A program made the position numbers and the translations under genes. Source: Deltaproteobacteria bacterium (GTDB lineage: Bacteria; Myxococcota; Kuafuiibacteriia; Kuafuiibacteriales; Kuafuiibacteriaceae). Taken from it: DNA of 64,000 nucleotides. The stretch's first letter is position 1, and the number at the start of each line of letters is the position of its first letter. Positions 55,901-63,999 of this stretch are shown in pieces. Below the pieces are notes generated by a model. The model did no database searches. It saw only the letters and a list, made by a program, of their open reading frames with translations, and was not told where the DNA came from. The DNA is taken from assembly GCA_040218735.1 (NCBI GenBank), contig JAVJQW010000003.1, positions 1 to 64,000 of the forward strand, read 5' to 3'.

Positions 55901-55957
55901 CGTCACGACCGAGAGGACGAGCCCGACGAGGGCGCTCAGAGTTCGTTGCGCGCGCAC
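49985..55957 (-). CDS. 1990-aa two-module surface polyprotein: [signal peptide, N-domain, CARDB, Ig repeats, MYXO-CTERM] x2
   Basis: Single ORF; internal GCGC-TM-RRRRR-WPWVLLMLLVTNEASA-QAY at about aa 1100-1146; terminal GCRC-TM-RRRV. Confidence 0.88.
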   Translation of the reverse strand: MRAQRTLSALVGLVLSVVTTHAVAQTGGYIRTQYAAPYVPLTGATVANFPTPDDDVLQVPLGFTFEYFGQTYTHVTISTNGALILASSCNSLLDCSLTFGTQCSNNRCVDYPNVGAGAGGLPATADPDRIIALWWDDLHLDGGQVRYATQGTAGQRSFVVEYSNVKHFPATTAATGTFQVRLEELTGAVTMHYGPYVSNTNGDSEWSGTMGIEDHTGGLGLVGEPCADVAPDFCPYTTLQSLTDQVIQFVIPVGPELTVNGAPPSGGAPGAAISVSVTARNLGNAPTGAGFDANVYFSTDGTIEASDTLLGTVSFANLGAGAAASQTLATTVPVVASGYYSIGAIVDPNDVVAETIETNNTSRFTDRFLVGLDFGASVSAPAETGPDQSLTVPVDLLNFGGEHPAVPYAIYFSADTTLDAQDRLVASATVAVPATPATRFDTTFTVPADITGGHFYVIVEVDPNDTIVEADETNNVGVSTTTIEVRLADIIARSLTVPGPFAFRAEVLEVSVDIENGGGADANGFSYAIYLSDNQLISAISDIELASFGPVSLAPGERRTFVHNVVVPAMLAVGPYYVGVITNTLSTVAEDNPNNNIARTMDPVQVRDPAADLAPTRVELPPLAAAGESMSIARMINNGGNADAAAEYEVVFSVDDTIDANDVRAGRRTVTVSAGTAHTRVDVFVVPSTLAPGPYYVGVVADPDDLVAELVESNNVAVSATTVEVLPSGLTILTDALPLATLAVEYDVVLAARGGTGPLMWSVADGALPTGLALDASGRLAGTPEVEGLFDVTVRVTDGVLIAERRYNLLVAPTAVEVSVITRALPPGFLGRPYRYPLTAFGGVPPFVWSEVGADGLPPGLTLDADGVISGTPGATALSNLVVRVEDATGGFAEAELALRVVTSQDTVRFSSELLPDGRIGSVYDETVRAAMGSGVSPFTFGLVSGTLPEGLLHERGRIYGTPSRVGEYSFTMRVTDGRGDFDVNRFVVTIREQDGVIFSTNGLPDAFVGEAYVEEDGAEVQIDVVAANAQARPTLSILSGNLPPGLAMDGLGKITGEPRSVGVFSFVVLAQDDLGQQSVRAFGISVSERITPTNGGGDDGCGCQASSGRGVAWAWLLLGALLLRRRRRWPWVLLMLLVTNEASAQAYFTETIAAPYVARSDLTQVTFPPPLYDDEEVIIPIPFAFTYFGGSYTQLRATTNGYITFGAGPVGFNNTLFPSSIAPDAVIAPIWDDLRATVIDFGVDGVAPNRVLVLQYTDAHVLGNATSGRPQVQLRLYEGREGRFEIHYGPVLSMTDPLAWSASIGFEDATGSNGATLAPCTPNCSGTDIAALENAFFRARLDVGPELVAAAVTAPDQVFEGVPFDVDVRINSLSSQVLGPFRYELHLVPEGSTQTGHVVYRSAPTTLAPFELGVRTATTAVPLPTPPGDYRLILVVDADDDVAEIDEANNTAVTLDAFTIASRRPDFEVVSIESTPTDAAPGETIDVTLRLANTGNIGQTTGWSVRLSENVVITADDLEIDAGTVMLDPSATATITRSITLPNDVRPGRYELGAIVDPANDHLEIDDLANTGVAAAPFTVRTGQLEVLTASLPRAYLGVDYTTFVFAAGGDGRFTWSVAGGALPDGLTLDAATGEISGRATMEVTSDVTLQVDSAGVSATRTFSLEVANPRAGIAIVTRDLLPGVVGAAYPPAPAGATSDQLQRIVAVGGTGGYQFSLVTTPPPGLEMDPSGLLTGVPRQDGIFELTVEVTDGTDTARADLVLTVGEPGRLTIVAALLPDGRLGDEYTYQLQVIGQTPTSSVTFTSPGPLPDGIVLSPGGRLVGIPQGVGTREFLVNAVENGAGATSDTATFRLTILHEGGFSITPSTLPLGVAGEPYSVELRTRSGEPPLTWRVLGPAFHQGVMWTVDPNAGAPILTIAGTPQQTGVVSVLVTVTDDRGRYAQAPFSLLVNAPPPVPPIEQGCRCVRGRGRGWTLLLLVLPLLFRRRV

Positions 55958-56015
55958 GAGAGCTGGGAGCGTAAGCCCGCCGACACACGACCGTCGAGGG
56001 CGGATCGGCCGGTGC

Positions 56016-58484
56016 TCAACGAACGCGGCGCGGACGAACGGGGATCAGGAGGAGCAGGAGCAACAGGCTCCAGGCGGCCCCGCGCCGTGACGTCGTGGTG
56101 CACCCGCAGCCGCCCTCCTCCTCCACGGGCGGCGGCGGGTCGACCACCACGAGCGGGAACACCGCCTCCGCGACGCGGAGGTTCTTGTCGGTACAGCGCA
56201 CCGTGAACGGCCACGTCCCGCGCGCTTCGGGGACGCCACGAATGAAGAGCGCGTTCGTGGTCTCGTCGCCGTCCTTCTGCGTCGACGTGAGGCCGGGCGG
56301 CAGGAACCCTTCGCTGCGCACGACCTCGCAGAGGAACGGACGCGCGCCGCCGTTGACCTCGATCGTCACGTCGTAGTCCGCACCGAGGACGGCTTCGGGG
56401 ATCCGGTCGGTCGTGATGCGCAACAGGCCGTCGGAGCGCACCACGAGCTCGAGCAGCGAGGTGTCGGTCTGTCCCGCCGCGTCCGTCGCCTGCACCAGGA
56501 ACCGCTGCGGGCCGGCGAGCTCCGGGATGCCGTTCACGAGCCCCTCCTCCGCCACGACGATCCCCGGCGGCAGCTCCGTGAGCACGCGCCACCTGAGCGG
56601 CGGCGTCCCACCCGACGCAAACAGCGTCTGGGTGTAGGGCTCCTGGAGCGTCGCGTCGGGGAGCGCGCCGCTCACGACGGTGAGGTTCCCGGGCGCGCGC
56701 ACCTCGAGGCTGTACGCGACGGTCGCCGTGTTTGCGTCTTCGTCGCTGACCTCGACCGTGAACACCGCGATCCCGGAGGCCCCGGGGACGCCGACGACGT
56801 GCCCGTCGGTGCGCAGCTCGAGGCCGTCCGTCGGGCGCCCCGCGATCGTGCGGAAGCGGTACGGCGGGCGTCCGCCGACGGCGCGCAGCGCGACGTCGTA
56901 GTCCGCGCCGACGTAGCCGTCGGGGAGGTCGCGGGTGACGAGTCGGAGGGGGTAGTCGGGGTCGAGCACGGTGAGCGTGAAGTCGGCAGTGCTCGTCACG
57001 TCACCGCTGCGCACGCGGACGGAGATCGGGTGGTCGCCGACGCCGAGGGGCACGCCGTAGATGCGCCCTCCTTGGAACGCCACGCCGGGCGGGACCGTTC
57101 CACTGGATAGACTCCACACAAAAGAACCATCGCCGCCGGCGGCTTCGAGGGTCACGTCGTAGGGGACGCCGAGGACGGCCACGGGGAGCGACGGAGTCAG
57201 GACCGCGACGTCGTCGGAGATCACCGTCACGGTTTGGCCTGACGCGAGGATGTTGTTCCGTTCGTCGAGCTCCGCGACCGCAAACGCAGGGTCGACGACG
57301 AGGCCGAGGCGGTAGCGGCCGGTCGGGAGCTCGGGGAGCGTCGGGGTGATCGTGGCGGAGCTCGATTCGAGTGAGTCGAGCGTGTACGTCGCGACCGGCC
57401 CGAGGCGGTGGTCCCAGAGGGAGATGGTGTCGTTCTTCGAGAGCACGACCTGCGCGTCGAACGTCGCGGGGACGTTGCCGAAGTTGTCGACGGTGTACGT
57501 CAGCTCGAGCGTCCCACCCGGCGCCGCCGTGGAGGCGCGCGGGACGATGCGTCGCGCCCGAAGGTCCGGGCCGCGCCCGTCGATCGACACCACCCCCGAG
57601 AAGGCGACGTTGTTCGTCTCGTCGATCTCCGCGATCACGTCGGCGGCGTCGATGGTGATCGCGACGCGGTAGTCACCGTCCTGCGTGGCGATCGGTACGA
57701 GCAGATCGAACGACGCCTCCTGCGTCGCGAACCCCGGGAGCGTGACGGGGCCCGACGTGTAGAGCACCGGCGCTCCGACCGTCGACGTCGCCGCAGGGTC
57801 GAGCAGCTGCGCCTGGAACGTGAACGGCCCGAGCGGCATCCCGTGGCGGCTCGCGAGGCGCACCGTGACGGGCAGCGGCCGGCCCGCGACGGTGGTCTCG
57901 TCGGTGCTCACCGCGGTGACGGTGAGATCCTCGCCGATGTCCTCCAGGATCGTGATCTTCGTGTCCTGCAGCGACTGCACCTGCCCGGTGGAGCACGGCG
58001 TCGCGCCGACACACGGCCCGACGAACATCCCCTGGCTCGGGCTCGGCGCTTCGATCCCGATGCGCGCCATGAAGTCAGTGAAGTTGCCGGGCACGTTGAT
58101 CCCCGGGCGCGCCTCGCCGTAGCGCATCTCGATCGTGGAGCGGGCGCCTTCGTAGAGCGTCACCGAGAAATCGACGTCACTCGCCATCGTGTCGTCGGCG
58201 AAGTGCCGAACGTTGCGCCACTCGATCGTGACGCGCCCCGCACCCGGCGTGACGTCGACCTCGTAGTAGATGCCGACGCCCGCGTTCACGAAGCCGACGC
58301 ACCCGTTCACGCTCGAGCACCAGTCGGCCCACAGCGGCGCGACGTAGCCGTTCGGAAAGTCGGTGCTGGGGTTCGTCGCCGGCGGCAGGTGGTAGCCGTT
58401 GGCGTTGTCGAGGACGGAGACCCAGCCGTTTGCGTTGACCCAGATCGTGCTGTACGCCCCGCCGTACAGCGTCACCGAAAAGGG
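56016..58484 (-). CDS. Module B of the second polyprotein (continuation in the -1 frame; no credible start of its own)
   Basis: Begins mid-domain at PFSVTLYGGAYSTIWVNANGWVS, homologous to PFAFTYFGGSY..TNGYI of the paralog; CARDB and Ig repeats; terminal GCGC-TM-RPRRVR. Confidence 0.8.
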   Translation of the reverse strand, partial: PFSVTLYGGAYSTIWVNANGWVSVLDNANGYHLPPATNPSTDFPNGYVAPLWADWCSSVNGCVGFVNAGVGIYYEVDVTPGAGRVTIEWRNVRHFADDTMASDVDFSVTLYEGARSTIEMRYGEARPGINVPGNFTDFMARIGIEAPSPSQGMFVGPCVGATPCSTGQVQSLQDTKITILEDIGEDLTVTAVSTDETTVAGRPLPVTVRLASRHGMPLGPFTFQAQLLDPAATSTVGAPVLYTSGPVTLPGFATQEASFDLLVPIATQDGDYRVAITIDAADVIAEIDETNNVAFSGVVSIDGRGPDLRARRIVPRASTAAPGGTLELTYTVDNFGNVPATFDAQVVLSKNDTISLWDHRLGPVATYTLDSLESSSATITPTLPELPTGRYRLGLVVDPAFAVAELDERNNILASGQTVTVISDDVAVLTPSLPVAVLGVPYDVTLEAAGGDGSFVWSLSSGTVPPGVAFQGGRIYGVPLGVGDHPISVRVRSGDVTSTADFTLTVLDPDYPLRLVTRDLPDGYVGADYDVALRAVGGRPPYRFRTIAGRPTDGLELRTDGHVVGVPGASGIAVFTVEVSDEDANTATVAYSLEVRAPGNLTVVSGALPDATLQEPYTQTLFASGGTPPLRWRVLTELPPGIVVAEEGLVNGIPELAGPQRFLVQATDAAGQTDTSLLELVVRSDGLLRITTDRIPEAVLGADYDVTIEVNGGARPFLCEVVRSEGFLPPGLTSTQKDGDETTNALFIRGVPEARGTWPFTVRCTDKNLRVAEAVFPLVVVDPPPPVEEEGGCGCTTTSRRGAAWSLLLLLLLIPVRPRRVR

Positions 58485-58499
58485 AGCTGGATGGGCTCC
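58449..58499 (-). other. Candidate -1 programmed frameshift signal (or 1-nt indel site)
   Basis: GGAG, 11 nt, C_CCT_TTT, 7 nt, hairpin GCTGTACG-gcgggg-CGTACAGC; 0-frame TGA two codons after the heptamer. Confidence 0.45.
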
Positions 58500-61400
58500 G
58501 TCTGACCGTCGCCGAGCCCCGGCACCATCTCGACCGCACCCGGGCCGAGGTGGACGTAGGGCTCCGGCTCCGTGAGCACCTGGTACGGCGTCTGCGCCGA
58601 CGCCGTGGAGGTGAACAAGACGAAGAGCAGACCAAGCCACGAGCGTCGACGGATCAGCGGGACGAGGAGGAGCAGCAGCCCCCAAGCCGCCGCGCCGCTG
58701 CGACGCGAGGTCGTGCACCCGCACCCGTCGCCGCCGGGGCCGGTGGTGTCGGCGTTGGGATCGCGTACGACGATCGCGAGCGCCTGGCGGCGGGTGTCGT
58801 TGGCGTCGGTGCGCGCGAACGCGACGAACGCGTAGGAGCCGGCTTCGGTCGGCGTGCCGCCGATGATGCCGGTCGACGCTTCGAGTGTGAGCCCCGGCGG
58901 GAGCTCACCCAGCACGACGGACCAGGTGACGTCGGTGGCGGAGGCACGAAGGCGAACCGCCTCGCCGCCCTCCGCCGCGTACGGCTGGTTGAGCGTGGCC
59001 TCGGGGAGCGCGGAGTCCGCGTCCGTGCCCGTGACGATCCTGAGCACCCCCTCGGGCGAGACCTCGAGCACGTACGCGTTGCGATCGATGAGCCCCGCGG
59101 TGTCACGAACCTCGACGAGCAGCGGATAGTCTCCCGCGGTGGTCGGCGTGCCGGTGAAGAGCGCGCCGTTGTCGTCGAAAGTCAGGCCGGGCACCTCGCC
59201 ATCGATGCGCCAGGTGTACGGCGTGCCGCCGCCGACCGCGGTGAACTCGAACGTGTACGGCATCCCGACGATCCCGCCCGCGACGTCCGCCTGCTGAATG
59301 CTCACGGAGGTCCGTGCGTCGACGACGTCGAGCGAGAGCGTCCCCCGCACCGTGGTGCCGTTCGCGTCGGTCACGGAGATCTCGAAGTTGAACGCGTTGA
59401 TCAGCTGCGGCTCGCCACCGAGGATGCCGTCGGAGTCGAGCGCGAGCCCGAAGGGCAGCGGATCGATCGACCGCCACACGTAGGGCGGGTTGCCGCCCAC
59501 CGCGACGAGCTCGACGAAGTACCGCTCCAGCGCGAGCGCCGGCGGGAGCCGCGACGACACCAGCGTCAGCGGGATCGTCGGACCCGAGACGATCAGCGTG
59601 TAACTTCGCGTCGCGAACAAGTCGCCGCTGGTCACCGTGATGTCGAACGGGTGCGAACCCTCCGCGCTCATCGCGGGGGTGCCGCTGATCTCGGCGGTCG
59701 CGGCTTCGAACGTGAGGCCAGCCGGCGGCTGCCCGCCGCCCCAATCGATCGACCACGTGTACGGATCGGACCCGCCGACCGCTGCGAAGCGTCGCGCGTA
59801 GGGCACTCCGAACACCGCGTTCGGCGGCGGGGCGGAGACGACGGCGAGGTCGGTCCCCTCGATGACGATCGACGCCGACGCCAGGGTGTTGTTCTGCTCG
59901 AACGTCTCGTCCGCGACGTCGTCCGGGTCGACGATCGCGCCGATGTAATACGTGCCCGACGGTGTGTCGGCGGGGAGCGGGATCCACTCCGCGACGGTGT
60001 CGATGTCCGACGGGTCCAGCGTCACGGGCATCGCCGTCTCGAAGAGCGTGAGGTCGTCGGTGGTGATGCCGGGGTTGGTCGACAGCACGATGCGCAGCGT
60101 CGCGTCGCCGGAAGCGTTGCCGAGGTTCGCGTAGGTGACCGACACCGGCGTGGTCTCTCCGGCGACGGCGCTCGACACCGTGTCGACGGTGAGCGGCACG
60201 AGGTCGGGCGAAGGATCGCGCACCTCGATCGTCTGCGGGCGGACCTCGGTGTTGTTGGTCTCGAGCGACTCGGGCACCGAGTCCTGACAGTCGTAGACGG
60301 CCGCGATGTACCAAGTGCCGGGCGTCGTCCCCGGCGGGATCGTCGGCTCGAGGAGGAGCGTGCGGCGCTCGTTCGCCTGGAGCGTCATCGGCGCGGTCTC
60401 GAGGATCAGGTCGTCGGTGGCCACCGAGATGACCTGGTTGTCCGAGAGGAAGACACACACCGTGAAGTTGGTCGCGCGCGCGCCGCCGGCGTTTCGGAAC
60501 TCGGTGGAGAGCGGGTACGTCTCGCCGCGGAAGCCGAAGTCCCCGCCCACGAAATCGACGCCGACGAGGTCGGGGCCGCGCACGGAGACGGTGGTCGCGG
60601 AGACGAGGACGTTGTTCCCCTCGTCGAGCTCGATCTGTACGTCCTGATCGTCGAGCACCGCGACCGCGTAGTAACTCGGCGGGCTCGGCGGGATGTTCAG
60701 GGGCATCGTCACCGTGACGGTGCCGTTGAAGCGGAAGCCGTTCGGGAGCGTGACGGACGCGGGTCCCAGCGGGAGCGCCGTCATCATGTCGAAGCTCTGC
60801 GTCGGCGACAGATAGAGCTGCACGCCGATCGGTCCGGTGACCGGCGCGCCGTCGGAGCGCACCGAGAAGTTCACGTTGAACGGCTCGCCGGGGCCGCTGT
60901 CCATCGGCGGGAGGATCGTGCCGGTCAGGTCGGGCGCCGTGCCGAACGGGCCGTCGAAGGAGCGGTTGTTGTCCTCGAGCGCCTCCGTCACGGTGTTGCC
61001 GATGTCGACCTTCAGCGCGATGTAGAACTCGCCGAGCGCCGTCCCGGCGGGGACGGTGAGCGTGCGGGTCTGCTGTACCGAAGAGGCCGCCGCGAGGCCC
61101 GCGACGCCGAACGTTCCGAGGACCGCGCTGCCCGCCGTGCTCGTGTTCGTCGGCGCGAGGTAGATGCCGTACTGGAACGGGCCGACCGGCTGCTGGCCGC
61201 TGTTGAAGATCGTGACCTGCACGTCGAACATCTGGTTGGGACGTGCGCCGGCGGGCGCGGTGATCGTGCCGGTGAGCTCCGGCGCGACCGGGAGCTGGAT
61301 GTCGATCGTCTGCCCCTCGACCCAGTTCGGCGTCCCGCACCGCGAGGGGAGGCAGGCGCAGGCCGCGCCGCAGGTCGGGGACATCGACATGAGGTTGATG

Positions 61401-62020
61401 CCGTCGTTGCCGGTGGCGTTCTCGATCGCGGTGGTCCCGCCGTTCTGCGGGTTCCAGCCGCTGTTGGGCCCGAACTGGATCTGCACCGCGTTGGTGCCCT
61501 CGTAGAGGCGCACTTGGAAGTTCACCTGCGCCGCCGACGCGGAGAAACCGACGAAGTCCTCGTACTGAATCTCCATCACGCGCGACCCGGCGGTGCCGGT
61601 GACGCGCGATCGAATGACGCCGTTCGGCTGCGCGGTGAGGTCGTGCCACATCACGCCGATGAAGTTGTGCACGAGGTTGCCGGGGCTCGGCACGACGGAG
61701 GGCTGTCGCAGCGGTCCGAGCAACGTGCCGGGCGGCGGCGAGAAGCTCAGCAGCCCGTTCGTGTACGCGTGCACCGTGTTGTAGGTCTGGCCGTAGAAAA
61801 TGAACGGGAACGGCAGCGCGATCGCGACCGAGCCTTCGTCCTCGGCGCCGAACGATCCGTACGCGACGGGCGTGTGCGTCGTCCCGCCCGTGAACGCGAC
61901 GTACGTGCCGGTGGAGTGCGAGACTTGGTAGGGGGTCTGGGCGAGCGCGTTCGCGCTCAGCGTGAGGGTCGCGAGGCCCGCCAGCGCGAGGCGGGCCATC
62001 CAGTGCGTTTCGAGGCTCAT
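58472..62020 (-). CDS. Module A of the second polyprotein (signal peptide, N-domain, CARDB, Ig repeats, internal MYXO-CTERM, second signal peptide, start of module B)
   Basis: ANALA-QTPYQV N-terminus; internal GCGCTT-TM-RRR-SWLGLLFVLFTSTASA-QTPYQV. Confidence 0.88.
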   Translation of the reverse strand: MSLETHWMARLALAGLATLTLSANALAQTPYQVSHSTGTYVAFTGGTTHTPVAYGSFGAEDEGSVAIALPFPFIFYGQTYNTVHAYTNGLLSFSPPPGTLLGPLRQPSVVPSPGNLVHNFIGVMWHDLTAQPNGVIRSRVTGTAGSRVMEIQYEDFVGFSASAAQVNFQVRLYEGTNAVQIQFGPNSGWNPQNGGTTAIENATGNDGINLMSMSPTCGAACACLPSRCGTPNWVEGQTIDIQLPVAPELTGTITAPAGARPNQMFDVQVTIFNSGQQPVGPFQYGIYLAPTNTSTAGSAVLGTFGVAGLAAASSVQQTRTLTVPAGTALGEFYIALKVDIGNTVTEALEDNNRSFDGPFGTAPDLTGTILPPMDSGPGEPFNVNFSVRSDGAPVTGPIGVQLYLSPTQSFDMMTALPLGPASVTLPNGFRFNGTVTVTMPLNIPPSPPSYYAVAVLDDQDVQIELDEGNNVLVSATTVSVRGPDLVGVDFVGGDFGFRGETYPLSTEFRNAGGARATNFTVCVFLSDNQVISVATDDLILETAPMTLQANERRTLLLEPTIPPGTTPGTWYIAAVYDCQDSVPESLETNNTEVRPQTIEVRDPSPDLVPLTVDTVSSAVAGETTPVSVTYANLGNASGDATLRIVLSTNPGITTDDLTLFETAMPVTLDPSDIDTVAEWIPLPADTPSGTYYIGAIVDPDDVADETFEQNNTLASASIVIEGTDLAVVSAPPPNAVFGVPYARRFAAVGGSDPYTWSIDWGGGQPPAGLTFEAATAEISGTPAMSAEGSHPFDITVTSGDLFATRSYTLIVSGPTIPLTLVSSRLPPALALERYFVELVAVGGNPPYVWRSIDPLPFGLALDSDGILGGEPQLINAFNFEISVTDANGTTVRGTLSLDVVDARTSVSIQQADVAGGIVGMPYTFEFTAVGGGTPYTWRIDGEVPGLTFDDNGALFTGTPTTAGDYPLLVEVRDTAGLIDRNAYVLEVSPEGVLRIVTGTDADSALPEATLNQPYAAEGGEAVRLRASATDVTWSVVLGELPPGLTLEASTGIIGGTPTEAGSYAFVAFARTDANDTRRQALAIVVRDPNADTTGPGGDGCGCTTSRRSGAAAWGLLLLLVPLIRRRSWLGLLFVLFTSTASAQTPYQVLTEPEPYVHLGPGAVEMVPGLGDGQTEPIQLPFR

Positions 62021-62043
62021 CGGGGTGTCTCTTCGTTTCGCGG

Positions 62044-63999
62044 CTACAAACACTCGGCGCGGTAGGTGATGACGATCTCGGAACCGGGTTCGGGGATCGC
62101 GAGCGGCGCGAAGTTCAGGCTGTTGGTCATGTCGTCGTAGGTCCAGCGGACCTGCCCGGTCATCGAGGTCGCCGCGACGGGCACGCCGTCGATCAGCACC
62201 TGCACCGACGCGGGGATCGGTTGGTTGGAGAGGAAGAAGCGCGACTTGTAGCCGAAGACGGACAGGCCGAGGTTCTCCAGCGCGACCGCCCAGTCCGTCG
62301 TGCAGATCGACTCGACGACGCCGCCGGTCTGCTGCGCGGTGTCGACGTACCGGAAGCCGGGGTCACCGCTGGCGCACCCGTTGGGGACGTCGCCGACGAT
62401 CGCCGAGGCCGAGAACAGGTTGGTGTTCCTGAAGCCCTTGATGGCGCGGAAGTAGTTCACGAAGAAGTCGACGGTGTTCAGCGACTGGTCGTCCTCGTCG
62501 GCGATGAAGATCAGCGCGAGGTACGCGTCGGGGCGGAGGAAGCCGGCGTTCCACCCGGTGATGCGCGGGCTCGACAGTGCGTTGTACGCCGCCTGCAACC
62601 CGCGCTCGGCACCCGAGCCGTTGATGCCCTGCGTGGCGATCGCCCGGAACGCCGCCGCGGGGGACGGCTGCTCGTCCGGCGTGATCAGGCGCCAGTCGGG
62701 ATCGGTCTGCCCGGACGCGCTGCCGTCCGCGAAGTAACCGCAGCGGCCCTGCGCCATCCCCGGCGGCCGGTCGGCCGGCGGCGGGTTCGGGCAGGCGTCG
62801 CCGTCGGTCGAGACCACGGCGATGCGGTAGTCGAGCGCCTGCGCTTCGGCGAACGCGATGAAGCTGTCGAAGTTCTGCGTGAGGCTCGCCTGCTCCGCAG
62901 ACATCGAGCAGGAGTTGTCGATGACGAAGAGGATGTCGACCTCCGGCGTCTCGAGCTGCTCGAAGTGATCCTCGTTCGTCGCGACCTTCGCGCCTTCGCC
63001 GAACAGCGGGACGACGTAGGGCGTCGTCGCGCCCGACTCGTAGAGGTGGAAGTAACCGGTGTCGGCGCCGATCGCGCTCGGCGCGTAGCGCACCGACAGC
63101 TCGATCGAAGCGCCCGGCGCGATGGGCGCCCCCGGCGGGCCCGGCACGCCGGCCGGGATGTTCTCGATGATGAACTCACTCGTGACGCCGGGCGGGAGCT
63201 CGATGCGATCGATGTACGTGTTGGTCGCGCCGGTGTTGTAGACCGTGACGGTGCGCGCGCGCGTGGAGCAGCCGGGCTCGACGAGGCCGAAGTCGATCTC
63301 GTTGGGCGAGATCAGCAGCACGGACTCGGCGCCCTCTCCACTCAAGGCAACGCGCGGGTTCGAGTCGTTCGGGTCCGAGATGTAGAAGCCGAGCTCCCCG
63401 GTGTGATTGCCGACGTCGCGCGGCGTGTAGTCGACGAGCACCGTGAGCGTCTCGCCCGCGGCGAGCGTGAGGCTCGCGGGCGGTGCTTCGATCAGCGAGA
63501 AGGAGCGGTCCGAACCGGCGAGGACCTCGACGTCGCTGACCAGGCAGTCGTCGGTCCCGACGTTCTGCACGCGGAGCCCCTGCGGGATGCTGCGGAGCAC
63601 CTCCACGACACCGAACCCGAGCTGCGTCGGCGCGACGGTGTACTGACACGGCGGGAGCACGACGCCCTCCCCGCTCAGTGGGATGGTGACGACCGGCTCG
63701 TCGGCGTCGTCGCTCTCGATCACGAGCTCGGAGTCGATCACCCCTGCGTCCGTGACGGTGAGCGTGACCTCGACGAACTCGGCGCCGCCCGGCGGGATGG
63801 TGAGCGTGGTCTGGTCGGCGACGAAGAGGCCCGTTCCGGACGCGTCGGGATCGATGCGCGACACCGAGAGGTCGTCGAAGCCGAGGTTGGTCACGAGCAC
63901 GCGGCGTTTCTTCGCGGTGCCGACGGCGACCTGTCCGAACGCGAGGGTGTCCGGCGTGACGACGATGTTCGGACCGCCCGCCTCGCCGACCAGCGTGAC
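62044..63999 (-). CDS. ASH/choice-of-anchor D-like Ig-repeat protein with C-terminal vWA domain (partial, runs off the right edge)
   Basis: Repeated P..L.FG.V..N.G; MIDAS DILFVIDNSCSM, ERGLQAA, FIADEDDQS; the frame stays open to the window edge. Confidence 0.85.
   Translation of the reverse strand, partial: VTLVGEAGGPNIVVTPDTLAFGQVAVGTAKKRRVLVTNLGFDDLSVSRIDPDASGTGLFVADQTTLTIPPGGAEFVEVTLTVTDAGVIDSELVIESDDADEPVVTIPLSGEGVVLPPCQYTVAPTQLGFGVVEVLRSIPQGLRVQNVGTDDCLVSDVEVLAGSDRSFSLIEAPPASLTLAAGETLTVLVDYTPRDVGNHTGELGFYISDPNDSNPRVALSGEGAESVLLISPNEIDFGLVEPGCSTRARTVTVYNTGATNTYIDRIELPPGVTSEFIIENIPAGVPGPPGAPIAPGASIELSVRYAPSAIGADTGYFHLYESGATTPYVVPLFGEGAKVATNEDHFEQLETPEVDILFVIDNSCSMSAEQASLTQNFDSFIAFAEAQALDYRIAVVSTDGDACPNPPPADRPPGMAQGRCGYFADGSASGQTDPDWRLITPDEQPSPAAAFRAIATQGINGSGAERGLQAAYNALSSPRITGWNAGFLRPDAYLALIFIADEDDQSLNTVDFFVNYFRAIKGFRNTNLFSASAIVGDVPNGCASGDPGFRYVDTAQQTGGVVESICTTDWAVALENLGLSVFGYKSRFFLSNQPIPASVQVLIDGVPVAATSMTGQVRWTYDDMTNSLNFAPLAIPEPGSEIVITYRAECL

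Noticed and set aside
42021-62065. Very long plus-strand ORFs (42021-45770, 51269-55687, 58550-62065), and similar ones elsewhere such as 3454-5310 and 28878-30824
   Set aside because: They are antisense shadows of real minus-strand genes. High GC3 suppresses stop codons, and the products are R/V/D-rich with no motifs.
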